From contig JAWBBW010000004.1 of assembly GCA_038824035.1 (NCBI GenBank), positions 34,243-98,242 of the forward strand: a DNA stretch of 64,000 bases. Direction: 5' to 3'. Within the stretch, counting starts at the first letter, position 1. The number at the start of each line of letters is the position of its first letter. Source of the DNA: Desulfurococcaceae archaeon (GTDB lineage Archaea > Thermoproteota > Thermoprotei_A > Sulfolobales > Desulfurococcaceae). Shown here piece after piece: positions 29,906-39,865 of this stretch. Under the pieces are notes generated by a model. It was not told the origin of the DNA and made no database searches. It worked only from the letters and a program-made list of their open reading frames with translations. A program made the position numbers and the translations under genes.

Positions 29906-31057
29906 GTGGGTAAAATTGCGGTGATGAAAGAGTGGCTGATACCGTTGATCACGTTGGCAATGGCCGAGGCCTTGGCTGGTTTATCGCTGAAACTGAATAT
30001 AGATCTATTGATCCAATACCCAGTACTACTAGTGTTGATCCCTGGTTTAATGGATCTAAGGGGAAATGTATATGGCGCTGTTGGATATAGATTGGTGAAG
30101 GGATTACACCTTGGTTTGACAAAACCCAGCCTCTTCACCAGGTTCAACTTGATTAATGTATTGACAGGATACGTCATATCAGTGATAGCGACGTTATTCC
30201 TATGCCTAATAGGGACAGCATTATCCCATGTAGCTGGCCTTGGAGCACCGAGCCCTATATCGCTTTTATTCATAGCATCCATGTCAACGCTAATAGTGTT
30301 CGCGATCCTCACCCCTTTTACTGTATTATCAATAATCCATCTGTATAGAAATGGTCATGACCCCTCCCCATTTGTAGCCACAATTGTCACTGGCATAGGA
30401 GACGTGTTAACGCCTATCGCGTTAATAACAATAGCCTACCTACACGAAGCGTTCAACGACATGGTTAAAGCCCTGTTCATAATAGTTTTCATATCAGCCA
30501 CGATCATATCGTCCATATACATAGTGCGTGCTAGGGAACATAGGAATTTACTTGAAAACCTTGTGTCGAGTGTGATAGCGTCAAGTGGTAGTAGTTTCGG
30601 CGGGTTTTTCTTAGCAACAATGACGTATGTGGTGGGTGAGAACCCCGAGGTAATAGGGGTTTTGCCGGCATTTAACGCCGTAATCGGGGCTGCCATGGGT
30701 TATTTAAGTAATTCACTGAACATAGATCTCCACCTAGGCGTGGAAAACCCCAGGAGCGCTTTCTATGGAAAAACCCTGGTGGGTTTAGCGGCGACATACG
30801 CCTCCATTATATTGGCCTTGGTGTTGACATCCCCATCTTCGTTGCTCCTAGTATTCAGGTTCATCGGCATAATAACGTGTATCACTATTTCATGCATAGC
30901 GATATACTCCATCTCCGTGGTCATAACCTACTTATTGACAACCATGTCCTTTAACCATGGATGGGATCCAGACAACTTGGTCTTTCCCCTTATGACGACT
31001 TTCGTGGATCTCATGGGCCCGATAGCCTTATCGCTCACAACTTACCTATTCATGTGA
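29906..31057 (+). CDS. MgtE-type divalent cation transporter (SLC41-like, duplicated membrane domain)
   Basis: PGLMDLRGNVYG, GHDPS...TGIGD, GWDPDNLVFPLMTTFVD. Confidence 0.82.
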   Translation: MGKIAVMKEWLIPLITLAMAEALAGLSLKLNIDLLIQYPVLLVLIPGLMDLRGNVYGAVGYRLVKGLHLGLTKPSLFTRFNLINVLTGYVISVIATLFLCLIGTALSHVAGLGAPSPISLLFIASMSTLIVFAILTPFTVLSIIHLYRNGHDPSPFVATIVTGIGDVLTPIALITIAYLHEAFNDMVKALFIIVFISATIISSIYIVRAREHRNLLENLVSSVIASSGSSFGGFFLATMTYVVGENPEVIGVLPAFNAVIGAAMGYLSNSLNIDLHLGVENPRSAFYGKTLVGLAATYASIILALVLTSPSSLLLVFRFIGIITCITISCIAIYSISVVITYLLTTMSFNHGWDPDNLVFPLMTTFVDLMGPIALSLTTYLFM

Positions 31058-32257
31058 ATTACTTGTCTCTAAACAATACTTAGCAACAAGGGATTCCATC
31101 AACTCTATGTACTTGACCCCGTGATCTGGTATTATAACCACCAAGTCTCCCTTGACCTCGCCTCTTTCTATCAATTTCTCGGCAGCATATATCGTTGCCC
31201 CAGCACTCATGCCCACCAATAGCCCATCAGCCCTAGCCACTCTCAATATTCCTTGAAACGCCTCATCTAATGAGACATCTATCAACCCATCTAGTTCAAT
31301 CATGTGTATCCACTTCATACCTGTCTCAATTCTCCTTAAACCGGGTATATGGCTATCCTTGCTTGGTTGAACCCCATATACTTTCACATTCCTATACTTG
31401 TTCTTAAAGTAGAAAGCCACTGCTGATAAGTGGCCAGATGTCCCAACCCCACTTATGATCGCCGATGGTTTGACACCTTTACTAGATAATTGATAATCCA
31501 CTTCTTTGGCTGTATATCTCAGGTGGGCTATGAAATTGTAATCGTTTTCAAACTGATTGGGTACAAAGGCGCTATCTCTTTCAGCGTCTCTCAACACCTC
31601 GTCGATCATGGCTGTCGTTATAGGCACATTTTTCCTAATGGTCTCAGACCCCATGGCTGCGAATATGTAGTCAACGCATCTCTGAGCAGTAGATGGCAAG
31701 TAGATCCTGGTCTTGAAGCCATAATAATTAGCAAGCCCAACTATCCCTAGACCTGTATTAGTCGAAGTCGCCTCGTATATCAGCTTATTCCTTAATACCC
31801 CTTTCCTAATAGCGTTGTGTAGGATAAACCAGGCTATCCTGTCCTTTATACTGAGGCTGAAGGGGTGATACCATTCGAGCTTAGCCCAAGTGGTCACTTC
31901 TCGATTGCTCAGCGATCTCAGCTTAACCATGGGTGTTGGTAGATCCCTTGCAACTAATTCGACCACGGAGTCGTAAATTCTCTTGTTATCACCCACGATC
32001 TCGTGGAAAGGATCAAGCAAGTCCAGCGAAACCCTACTCGGAATCCCTTGACCATGTCCTTGTTTAACCGGGACATAGAGAACACCGAATGCCATGAGCG
32101 CGTTGAATGTCTCCACTTCGTCGATGACCTCGCCTTGGTCATTCACTGAGATAGGTTTCGTGGACCAGGACGCTATTATTTCGCCTAGCTCCGTTAAGTA
32201 TTCCTCGAGCGGGAGCTCTCTTCCACTAACGTCATCTATTTTCATTAAACTTATCAT
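31046..32257 (-). CDS. cysO: PLP-dependent cysteine synthase, O-phosphoserine sulfhydrylase-like with N-terminal domain
   Basis: PTPMVKL, KLEWYHPFSLSIKDR, ATSTNTG, GTSGH, IPGLRRIETGM; ~100-aa N-terminal extension as recalled for Aeropyrum OPSS. Confidence 0.75.
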   Translation of the reverse strand: MISLMKIDDVSGRELPLEEYLTELGEIIASWSTKPISVNDQGEVIDEVETFNALMAFGVLYVPVKQGHGQGIPSRVSLDLLDPFHEIVGDNKRIYDSVVELVARDLPTPMVKLRSLSNREVTTWAKLEWYHPFSLSIKDRIAWFILHNAIRKGVLRNKLIYEATSTNTGLGIVGLANYYGFKTRIYLPSTAQRCVDYIFAAMGSETIRKNVPITTAMIDEVLRDAERDSAFVPNQFENDYNFIAHLRYTAKEVDYQLSSKGVKPSAIISGVGTSGHLSAVAFYFKNKYRNVKVYGVQPSKDSHIPGLRRIETGMKWIHMIELDGLIDVSLDEAFQGILRVARADGLLVGMSAGATIYAAEKLIERGEVKGDLVVIIPDHGVKYIELMESLVAKYCLETSNSHE

Positions 32258-32348
32258 GAAGACCGCCTTATCAATAACATTGTTATTAAGGAAACGGGTT
32301 ATTTAACCCAATAGGACTTTGTATTTTAACGTATTTTAATCGTCAAAA

Positions 32349-33581
32349 TCACTTAGCCATCTCTTTCAGTAGGATTGAGATCCTCTTTATCCCTTCCTCT
32401 ATTAGTGTTTTCTTGGCCTGGGAGAAATTGAGCCTAATCACGTTTTTGCCAGAGCCATCAGTGTAAAATGGAGTAGCAGGTATTACAGCGACATTATATT
32501 TCTCCAGTAATATTTCACTAAATGAGTGTGCATCCATCCCCATGGGTAACCACAACAATATGAACATGCCGGCAACGGGCCTTGTGTGTTTTAATCCACC
32601 TAGGTATTTTTCAATGGAGCTTAGCATTATATCCCTTTTCTCCCTGTACTCCATTATGGCTCTTTGCCTAATCTCTTCGAGTATGTTGTTCCTCAACAAC
32701 TCCATCACAAGATACTGGGAAGGAACGGGTGGGCACATGTCTGTGGGGCCCTTAGCTGTCCTGATCTTATCCGAGATCTCTGTGGGCGATTCGATCCACC
32801 CAATTCTGAGACCGGTGCCGAGGATTTTACTGAAACTCCCAACGTAGATCACTCTTCCATAACTATCCATTGATCTGATCGTCCTCAGCTCGATGGGCTC
32901 ATATACTAAGAGGTTGTATGCACCGTCTTCGACGATCAATAGATCGTGTTCATTCGCTATCTCTAACAAGTGCTTTCTCCTGTCAATACTCATGGATATG
33001 CCAGATGGGTTTTGACCCGTTGGTATAGTGTATATCAGTTTCAATTTCTTACCACTGTTTTTCAATTTCTTCGCGATATCTTCCAATACATCTGTTCTCA
33101 TGCCGTGATCATCGATCGGTATACCGATGATCATTGCCCCGTATTGTCTCCAAACCAATATAGTGTTCACATATGATGGGTTCTCCATGAACACTATGTC
33201 CCCTGGATCCAGGAATATGCGCCCCACAAGATCTATTGCTTGTGATCCACCCAATGTCACAATTATGTTATCGCTTGAAGTATTAACCCCTTCATATCTC
33301 TCCATATATCTGGCTATATCATCCTTGAGTCCTGGAACACCATCGGTAGGAGAGTAGACAACGATGTTTCTGACCTCTTTGAACAACCTATTCATGATCT
33401 CTCCATACAACTCTCGCGGTATCACATCTGGATCAGGGTCTCCAGCCGCGAATGATATCACCTGTGATATCTTTGATCTAGCCGCTATTTTCGCGACCAT
33501 CTCTCTTATAGGACTTGGCTCAACGTAGTTCACACGACTACTCATGAACCTGTAATAATTGATGCCCCTCAATAAAGCCAC
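32349..33581 (-). CDS. PLP-dependent aminotransferase (class I/II, LysN/ARO8-like)
   Basis: ISFAAGDPD, YTIPTGQNPSG, IVEDGAY, GSFSKILGTGLRIGW, IRLNFS. Confidence 0.9.
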   Translation of the reverse strand: MALLRGINYYRFMSSRVNYVEPSPIREMVAKIAARSKISQVISFAAGDPDPDVIPRELYGEIMNRLFKEVRNIVVYSPTDGVPGLKDDIARYMERYEGVNTSSDNIIVTLGGSQAIDLVGRIFLDPGDIVFMENPSYVNTILVWRQYGAMIIGIPIDDHGMRTDVLEDIAKKLKNSGKKLKLIYTIPTGQNPSGISMSIDRRKHLLEIANEHDLLIVEDGAYNLLVYEPIELRTIRSMDSYGRVIYVGSFSKILGTGLRIGWIESPTEISDKIRTAKGPTDMCPPVPSQYLVMELLRNNILEEIRQRAIMEYREKRDIMLSSIEKYLGGLKHTRPVAGMFILLWLPMGMDAHSFSEILLEKYNVAVIPATPFYTDGSGKNVIRLNFSQAKKTLIEEGIKRISILLKEMAK

Positions 33582-33602
33582 CGGTGAGAACTATATTTCC
33601 TG

Positions 33603-33621
33603 GGCAAAAATATTTTTTGCC
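33603..33621. promoter_or_regulatory. Palindromic candidate operator
   Basis: GGCAAAAA-TAT-TTTTTGCC just upstream of the aminotransferase gene. Confidence 0.45.
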
Positions 33622-33664
33622 AAACAAGGACATCAAGGTTTTAGAGATCTACATTAGGTTGTCT

Positions 33665-35275
33665 TTAAGGCCACACCTTAATGCCAGAAACATATGTCTC
33701 TAACACCTTTACATCCTTCAATTCCCTTTCACACACTGAAAACGGATCCTTGTCGACAACTACAAAATCGGCTAACTTACCGGGCTCCAAGCTACCTAGC
33801 TCCCTCTCCTCATGCAATATGTAGGCTGAGCCATATGTATATGCATAGAGAGCGTCCTCTAAACCAAGGCATTCGTCCTTGGTATCTCTATAATACTCTA
33901 CAGAGTCGTATTTACCCCTGGTCACTGCTGCATATATGGTTTCCCATGGATTCAATGGCTCTACTGGGCTATCCGTTGAAAGACCGATTGGGATTTTCAT
34001 CGACATAATTGACTTAAATCTATATAACCATTTAACCCTTTTTTCGCCTACACGTCTCTTAGCCCACCAATCAGAGATCACGAAATGGGGTTGAACGGAG
34101 ATCGCTATGCCAATTCTCGATATCTTGACTAATTGGTCATCTCTTAGGAGGGACGCATGTTCTATTCTGTGTCGATATCTCTCTACATCGTCCAATTCGC
34201 TATATGTCTCCAAGATCATGTCTATTGTCTTATCGCCAATTCCATGTATAGCTAGTTGTAGACCAGCGTGATGAACCTCTCTGGCCACTTTTTTCAATAC
34301 ATCTCTCTCGATATTGGGATAACCATGTGTGGAAGGATCATCGCTATATGGATCACTGAGCCATGCTGTCCTAGCACCTAGGCTTCCATCTGCAAGTATT
34401 TTCACACCCATTATTTTTAAGTAATCGTCCCCGAAGCCTGTTTTAATACCCAGTTTAATCAACATGTCGATTAAACCAGTATCGTAGAGGGCTGTCTCAC
34501 TTGATTTGCCAATGCCTGGTGTCAAATATACCCTTATCCTTGCCTTGAGTTTACCTCTATGCCTAAGCCTAAACAAGGCGTTTAAGGACTTTAAATCACA
34601 ACTCATGAAACCAAGTGTTGTGACTCCTTGTGATAACGCGTATTTAATGGCGTCTTCGAGTATTTTCTCATAATCCCCTATTCCTAGTATCTCCTTGAAA
34701 CGCTCCTTTGCAATCTCGAGAGCCTTCTCTTTCACGATCCCGGTTGGCCTGCCTTGCTCATCGCGTTCTACATCTTTGAGGTTGCTGTGGATTAAGCCAG
34801 TTTGCTCGAGTGCCTTTGTATTTAATACACCAGCGTGTAAACAGATCCTGGTCAATATGACTGGCTTATCACTCACTACCTCGTCGATGTCATATCTCGA
34901 GGGCCATCTCTTTTCTTCGAATAACTCGTGATCCCAGCCATGTCCAATGATCCAAGATGTCTTAGCCCTGTTAGAGTATTCGCTAAGCCTATTTTTCAAC
35001 TCATCAATGCTCCTCACGCCTCGTAGATCAAGCATATTCAGGTAAATGCCAAGGCTATCCAGGTGCATGTGCGAGTCTATGAACCCCGGTAATACGGTTT
35101 TGCCATCTAGATCCACTATTTCGCCGTTGAGGCTATTGACTATTGACCTGGCCTTGGCGTTATCGCCGATATATAAAACCCTGTCACCAGCTATTACCAT
35201 GGCATTGACCTTTCTCATAGGTTTAAAAGACACGTATATTGATCCATTTAGAAAGCCCACAATTCTCATAAACAA
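33665..35275 (-). CDS. Amidohydrolase (YtcJ-like, Amidohydro_3)
   Basis: PGFIDSHMH, KILADGSLGARTA, AIHGIGD, RHRIEHAS, STDSPV, GSLEPGKLADFVV. Confidence 0.9.
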   Translation of the reverse strand: MFMRIVGFLNGSIYVSFKPMRKVNAMVIAGDRVLYIGDNAKARSIVNSLNGEIVDLDGKTVLPGFIDSHMHLDSLGIYLNMLDLRGVRSIDELKNRLSEYSNRAKTSWIIGHGWDHELFEEKRWPSRYDIDEVVSDKPVILTRICLHAGVLNTKALEQTGLIHSNLKDVERDEQGRPTGIVKEKALEIAKERFKEILGIGDYEKILEDAIKYALSQGVTTLGFMSCDLKSLNALFRLRHRGKLKARIRVYLTPGIGKSSETALYDTGLIDMLIKLGIKTGFGDDYLKIMGVKILADGSLGARTAWLSDPYSDDPSTHGYPNIERDVLKKVAREVHHAGLQLAIHGIGDKTIDMILETYSELDDVERYRHRIEHASLLRDDQLVKISRIGIAISVQPHFVISDWWAKRRVGEKRVKWLYRFKSIMSMKIPIGLSTDSPVEPLNPWETIYAAVTRGKYDSVEYYRDTKDECLGLEDALYAYTYGSAYILHEERELGSLEPGKLADFVVVDKDPFSVCERELKDVKVLETYVSGIKVWP

Positions 35276-35575
35276 TCACCTTCAAGCCATGGTAACAAGT
35301 CCCTGGTAAATACAGTCTAGAACAAGGATTTATTACTTGAGAAATTCATAGAACATCGCCGCAACGAGCTGTTCTATATGTTTCACGTAATCCAGCACAC
35401 AGTGATCATGTTGGCCAAGATGTTTGGCCAACGCCTTGCTCGATGATCAACCGAATTATTGGATGTCCCAGCCAAGCAATCAAGTAATAACATAGTTCAA
35501 TGATGGTGGATCTATCGCTATGAATATGCTTAAAACCTTGTACAGCTTGAATTTAGTAAAAAAGGGGCTGTGTGA

Positions 35576-36262
35576 ATGAAAAGCTCTAAGCCCATTTCAC
35601 AATACGTGAACGAGATATTAGCTGGAGATCCTGTCCTACAACAGTGCATTAAGAGAGGTATTGTCAACTATAGTAAATTGGCTAAAAACCTCAGAAACGC
35701 CTTAACCCAGGCTATGGGATCCGATGTATCTGAAAACGCCGTGAAAATGGCGTTGATAAGATATGCTGAAAAAGCGAAATCCGAGAAACGTGTATTGGTC
35801 AAAGGAGTTTTAGAGATATTGGCTAAATCTAATATAGAAGTCAAATCCGGGATCACTATAATAAATATAAGGACATGGTCGATAAACAAATTGTTAAATG
35901 ACTTACCAAAGATAATATCAAGAGCCAGGTTTTCCGCGATAATGCAGGGTGTTAGTGCACTGACACTTGTACTAGATAATGACAGCGCCACGGATGTTCT
36001 GAAGACACTTGATAACCGAGACATCATAAGCGTCCAAGAAGATCATGCAGCTCTCTTAATCGTTAGCCCCGAGGAAATAATGTACACGCCGGGTGTCGTG
36101 GCTTATTTAACCACGGTGTTGGCCGAGAACGGCATTAACATTGTTCACATAGAATCCAGCTACACTGATACAATTATCATTGTCTCCAAGAACGATGTAA
36201 TAAGGGCATTTGAGGTATTAAACACTGTGATAGGGATAGCGAGAAAAATTAATTATACATGA
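35576..36262 (+). CDS. ACT domain-containing protein
   Basis: N-terminal GIVNYSKLA...AVKMALIRY; C-terminal TPGVVAYLTTVLAENGINIVHIESSYTD. Confidence 0.78.
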   Translation: MKSSKPISQYVNEILAGDPVLQQCIKRGIVNYSKLAKNLRNALTQAMGSDVSENAVKMALIRYAEKAKSEKRVLVKGVLEILAKSNIEVKSGITIINIRTWSINKLLNDLPKIISRARFSAIMQGVSALTLVLDNDSATDVLKTLDNRDIISVQEDHAALLIVSPEEIMYTPGVVAYLTTVLAENGINIVHIESSYTDTIIIVSKNDVIRAFEVLNTVIGIARKINYT

Positions 36263-36293
36263 AATTTATAAAACCCACGAGATAGTTGTAATC

Positions 36294-36896
36294 ATGACAC
36301 CTAATAAACCAGGTGATTTGTTGAAATTACCAGAGGTGGATAAATCCACGCCACTTTTCCAATTATTAACCAGGAGGAAAAGCATAAGAAGATATAAGGA
36401 TAAACCACTGGGTTTAAACGAGTTATCAAGGATCCTCTGGGCCACCTATGGCTTTGTAAATGGGCGTAGAACAGCGCCATCGGCTGGCGCGATCTATCCA
36501 ATAGAGATATATGTGGTTGTCAAGAATGTAGTGGACCTGAAACCTGGCATATATAAGTATATTGAGAAAAACCATGAACTGGAATTAGTGAAAGAGGGCG
36601 ATTATTCCAGGAAACTGGCAAACGCGTGTCTTGGACAAGGATGTGTCTTGATGGCTCCTTTAAACATAGTTATAACGGCTATTCCGGAAAAGGTGATTAA
36701 GTGGTATGGGGAAAGGGGTTATAGGTACATATACATGGAGGCCGGTCACATAGGTCAAAACATATACCTTGTTGCAACCGAGATGAACTTGGGAACGGTG
36801 GCTGTTGGAGCATTCAATGACGACGCTGTGAGAGAAGTTCTTGGGCTTGGAAGAGAATACATGGTCCTGTATATATTTCCGATCGGCATTCCGTGA
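36294..36896 (+). CDS. SagB/ThcOx family (nitroreductase-like) dehydrogenase
   Basis: RKSIRRY, RTAPSAGAIYPIE, RYIYMEAGHIGQNIYL, GAFND. Confidence 0.88.
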   Translation: MTPNKPGDLLKLPEVDKSTPLFQLLTRRKSIRRYKDKPLGLNELSRILWATYGFVNGRRTAPSAGAIYPIEIYVVVKNVVDLKPGIYKYIEKNHELELVKEGDYSRKLANACLGQGCVLMAPLNIVITAIPEKVIKWYGERGYRYIYMEAGHIGQNIYLVATEMNLGTVAVGAFNDDAVREVLGLGREYMVLYIFPIGIP

Positions 36897-36901
36897 AGCT
36901 A

Positions 36902-37426
36902 CTAGGGCTTATTTGATTTTGTGACAATTATATTATTGGGCGTTGTCACGGTTAACGTAGCATATCTTCTCCTATAATATAGCTTAACACTTCTCACGTA
37001 CACGATGTAATCGGGGTTAACTAATGAGACCGGTCTTTTAATGCCCTCTGCTATGATCTTTACAGCATCATACGTATGAGCCGGTAACCTTGTTTCAAGC
37101 CAATAAAGCCTACCATGCAGAGTCACCCTAAATGATTTATCAAACGGGATCCTCTCCTCTGCAAGCCTAGTTGCATTCTCAGCTACCACTTCCACGTAGG
37201 GATCCATGACCATGTCAACGGGTATAACACGATAAAGGACCTGTATATTGTTTACAATATCCTTGACTTTCTCAACGAATTCATATGGATCTCCTGCTCT
37301 GAGAAGTATCACTGAAGGGCCTTTATCAACTAATACGTAGTCTATTCCATGACTCCTCAGCCTTGAGAGTATAAACCTGTAATTATCTATACCTGGCTCA
37401 TGTGTTATCAGTATATTGAAATTCAT
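36902..37426 (-). CDS. THUMP domain protein
   Basis: YRVIPVD, SFRVTLHGR, VSLVNPDYIVYV. Confidence 0.72.
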   Translation of the reverse strand: MNFNILITHEPGIDNYRFILSRLRSHGIDYVLVDKGPSVILLRAGDPYEFVEKVKDIVNNIQVLYRVIPVDMVMDPYVEVVAENATRLAEERIPFDKSFRVTLHGRLYWLETRLPAHTYDAVKIIAEGIKRPVSLVNPDYIVYVRSVKLYYRRRYATLTVTTPNNIIVTKSNKP

Positions 37427-37564
37427 TTAATTCCCCCAATAGGCTTTAATGTGGTTCTCGGGTTATTAACACACCATATCCGGTATCGTTGAGAATGCAA
37501 ATGACCGAATGCAGATTGGGTTTTAAATCACATTTTCCCCATATTTGTAGGAAGGGTATTTACC

Positions 37565-39307
37565 GTGAATAATTATTTGAAAATAATAATAGTGATCGTG
37601 GTAGCTATAACAGCTGGACTTATTTTATACAATATAACGCCGGAGATGGACTACGGCATATATACGGGTTTATTGGAACTGGAGATAGAGGGTAAAACAA
37701 TTGAAATACCATTCCACTTCATCATTGGGAAAGACTCTGTAGCTAATGTAACTAAGGTTGACATATATATCGATGAAAGGCCCTTGTCGATAACAATAGA
37801 AACACCCGCTATAAAGGAACTGAAACTGGGAAGGACTTTCAACATAACCGTATCGATCACAGGCTTAGAAAAAGGCTCTACGCCATTATGTAGGCTTAGA
37901 ATAAGCACCCCCAGTGGACATGATCTACCGTATACGCCGACTAGTGTGGTTGAGAACAAAGTTAACTTCACTGTAAAGATTCTTTACAAGACCAAGACAG
38001 CGTCATTCATATTTGCATCATCGATAGTGCTATTCGCCTCAGCATCTCTCGTGCCATTCGTCTTAACCAGCATATATCTTACAATAGCCATGTATCTTAC
38101 AGGGGTAATAGGTCTGGCAGATCCATTCCAACTGTACATGTCAGATATATGCCTGGTTTTCCTAGCTGGAAGCGCTCTGGAACTGGTATTGAGAAACACT
38201 GGATTAGCTGAGAGAGTTGCATCGATATTAAAGAGAGTGTCGACCTCTCCCTCCAAGCTATTTCTTAGTGTCTTCGTGATATCGGGTTTCATAAGCATGT
38301 GGATGAGCAATACTAGCACCACTTACTTAATGTTACCTATAGTCATGACCCTTTTATCGATCCTTGGCATTGAAAATACCGCTTTACAGGAATTGGTCCT
38401 AGTAGGCTTAGCTGTGGGCACGACGGCTGGCGGTATAGGCACAATAGTAGGTACACCACCAAACTTGATAGCAACTGGCTATATAAACAAAAATATCTAT
38501 GGCCAAGATGTAATTACGTTTTCAACGTGGCTAATATGGGGTGTGCCTTTATTTGTGCTGAGGGTTCTAATAGCATTTATCCTATTCCTAGTAATGTACC
38601 AAATCATGGGTAAACACGAGAAAGCTGTTATCTTGAATAAATTCCATGGCATAACCAGTGAGCATGAAGCAAGGCCCTGGTCTAGGGAAGAAATACTTGG
38701 ATTAGCTGGTTCACTGTTCATAGCGTTAATGTGGCTAACAGAACAATATCACGGCGTAAAGACCGGTGTAGCCGGCATGATTGGTTTACTGGTCTTCCTA
38801 GCACTAGGTGTGTTAAAGCCCAGGCAGGTGAAAGACCTTGGATGGGACATAGTCATATTAATGGGTGGTGGTTTAACACTTGGTAGAGGGCTCATGGATA
38901 CTGGTTTCTCCGATTACTTAGCAAGCACTTTGACAACATTTGTTGAACAACCCCTTATCGCTATGTGGTTGCTCGCATTCATATCATTGTTCATAGGCAC
39001 CATTATATCCAGTCACACGGCTGCCGCTGCCTTTTTAGCTCCGATAATGGGGCCTATAGGGATGAGTATGGCAAGGTTTCTCGGAATTTCTACAACCCTG
39101 GGAGGAGCCCTCTCAGTTCTGATCTCGACATTGGCCCTGGGCTTCGCCGTGGCATTGCCAATATCTACCCCGCCATCAGCCATAGTATATGGCACGGGAA
39201 AGGTGAGATTGAAAACCCTGTTCATATTCGGCATTCTCTGGGGCATTATAGGCACATCGTTGATGCTGTTGATCACGCCCACTATCGTGATATCAGTGCT
39301 TGGTTAA
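37565..39307 (+). CDS. SLC13/DASS sodium:anion symporter with N-terminal extracellular domain
   Basis: SMWMSNTST, GGIGTIVGTPPN, WDIVILMGGG, LPISTPPSAIVYGTG. Confidence 0.87.
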   Translation: MNNYLKIIIVIVVAITAGLILYNITPEMDYGIYTGLLELEIEGKTIEIPFHFIIGKDSVANVTKVDIYIDERPLSITIETPAIKELKLGRTFNITVSITGLEKGSTPLCRLRISTPSGHDLPYTPTSVVENKVNFTVKILYKTKTASFIFASSIVLFASASLVPFVLTSIYLTIAMYLTGVIGLADPFQLYMSDICLVFLAGSALELVLRNTGLAERVASILKRVSTSPSKLFLSVFVISGFISMWMSNTSTTYLMLPIVMTLLSILGIENTALQELVLVGLAVGTTAGGIGTIVGTPPNLIATGYINKNIYGQDVITFSTWLIWGVPLFVLRVLIAFILFLVMYQIMGKHEKAVILNKFHGITSEHEARPWSREEILGLAGSLFIALMWLTEQYHGVKTGVAGMIGLLVFLALGVLKPRQVKDLGWDIVILMGGGLTLGRGLMDTGFSDYLASTLTTFVEQPLIAMWLLAFISLFIGTIISSHTAAAAFLAPIMGPIGMSMARFLGISTTLGGALSVLISTLALGFAVALPISTPPSAIVYGTGKVRLKTLFIFGILWGIIGTSLMLLITPTIVISVLG

Positions 39308-39358
39308 TCAATCCCTTATTTTTTAAACCCGGGCCATTGGATTATGTAAAGGGGCTTA

Positions 39359-39865
39359 ATGGATACATCGATATCGCAAACCCCTGTAAATTACCTTGAT
39401 TCTCAGGAAATGAGCGTAGATGACTTAATAGACACGATCCTGGTTAATTACGAGCTATATGTAAATACCTGGGATGAAAGGACATATATTGGTTTGATCA
39501 GGCTAATGAACAAGTATTTTGAATTGGTAACGCCCATTAAATACTTGCCAAGAGCCGCCGAGTTACTTCAAGAACGCTTGGTTCTTAGACTTTGGGAATC
39601 CAAGATACCAATTGAATTGCTGAGAGAGTTCATGAGGCAAATAATTACATTGAAAGAGCTTGCGAGTAGGAGAGATGATAGAATAATATATGAATATGAG
39701 AAGGCAAATGAGGTGCTTAACAAGATATTGAGCGAGCTCAGCGATAGATCTACGCCCATAAATCTAAATAAATTCTCAGAGTGCAATGAAGACATCTACG
39801 AGAAATCGCTCTGCTTGATATCACTGTCAATAATAGTGTTGATCATCTCGACTAACCCCGGTTAA
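39359..39865 (+). CDS. Hypothetical protein with hydrophobic C-terminus
   Basis: 168-aa ORF filling the gap; GGGG SD-like sequence before ATG; no recognised motif. Confidence 0.6.
   Translation: MDTSISQTPVNYLDSQEMSVDDLIDTILVNYELYVNTWDERTYIGLIRLMNKYFELVTPIKYLPRAAELLQERLVLRLWESKIPIELLREFMRQIITLKELASRRDDRIIYEYEKANEVLNKILSELSDRSTPINLNKFSECNEDIYEKSLCLISLSIIVLIISTNPG

Noticed and set aside
29921-29967. GTGATGA-8nt-CTGA...TTGATCA-12nt-CCGA resembling a C/D sRNA
   Set aside because: It lies in the MgtE coding start, the first guide is only 8 nt, and no target was recognised; not excluded but unsupported.
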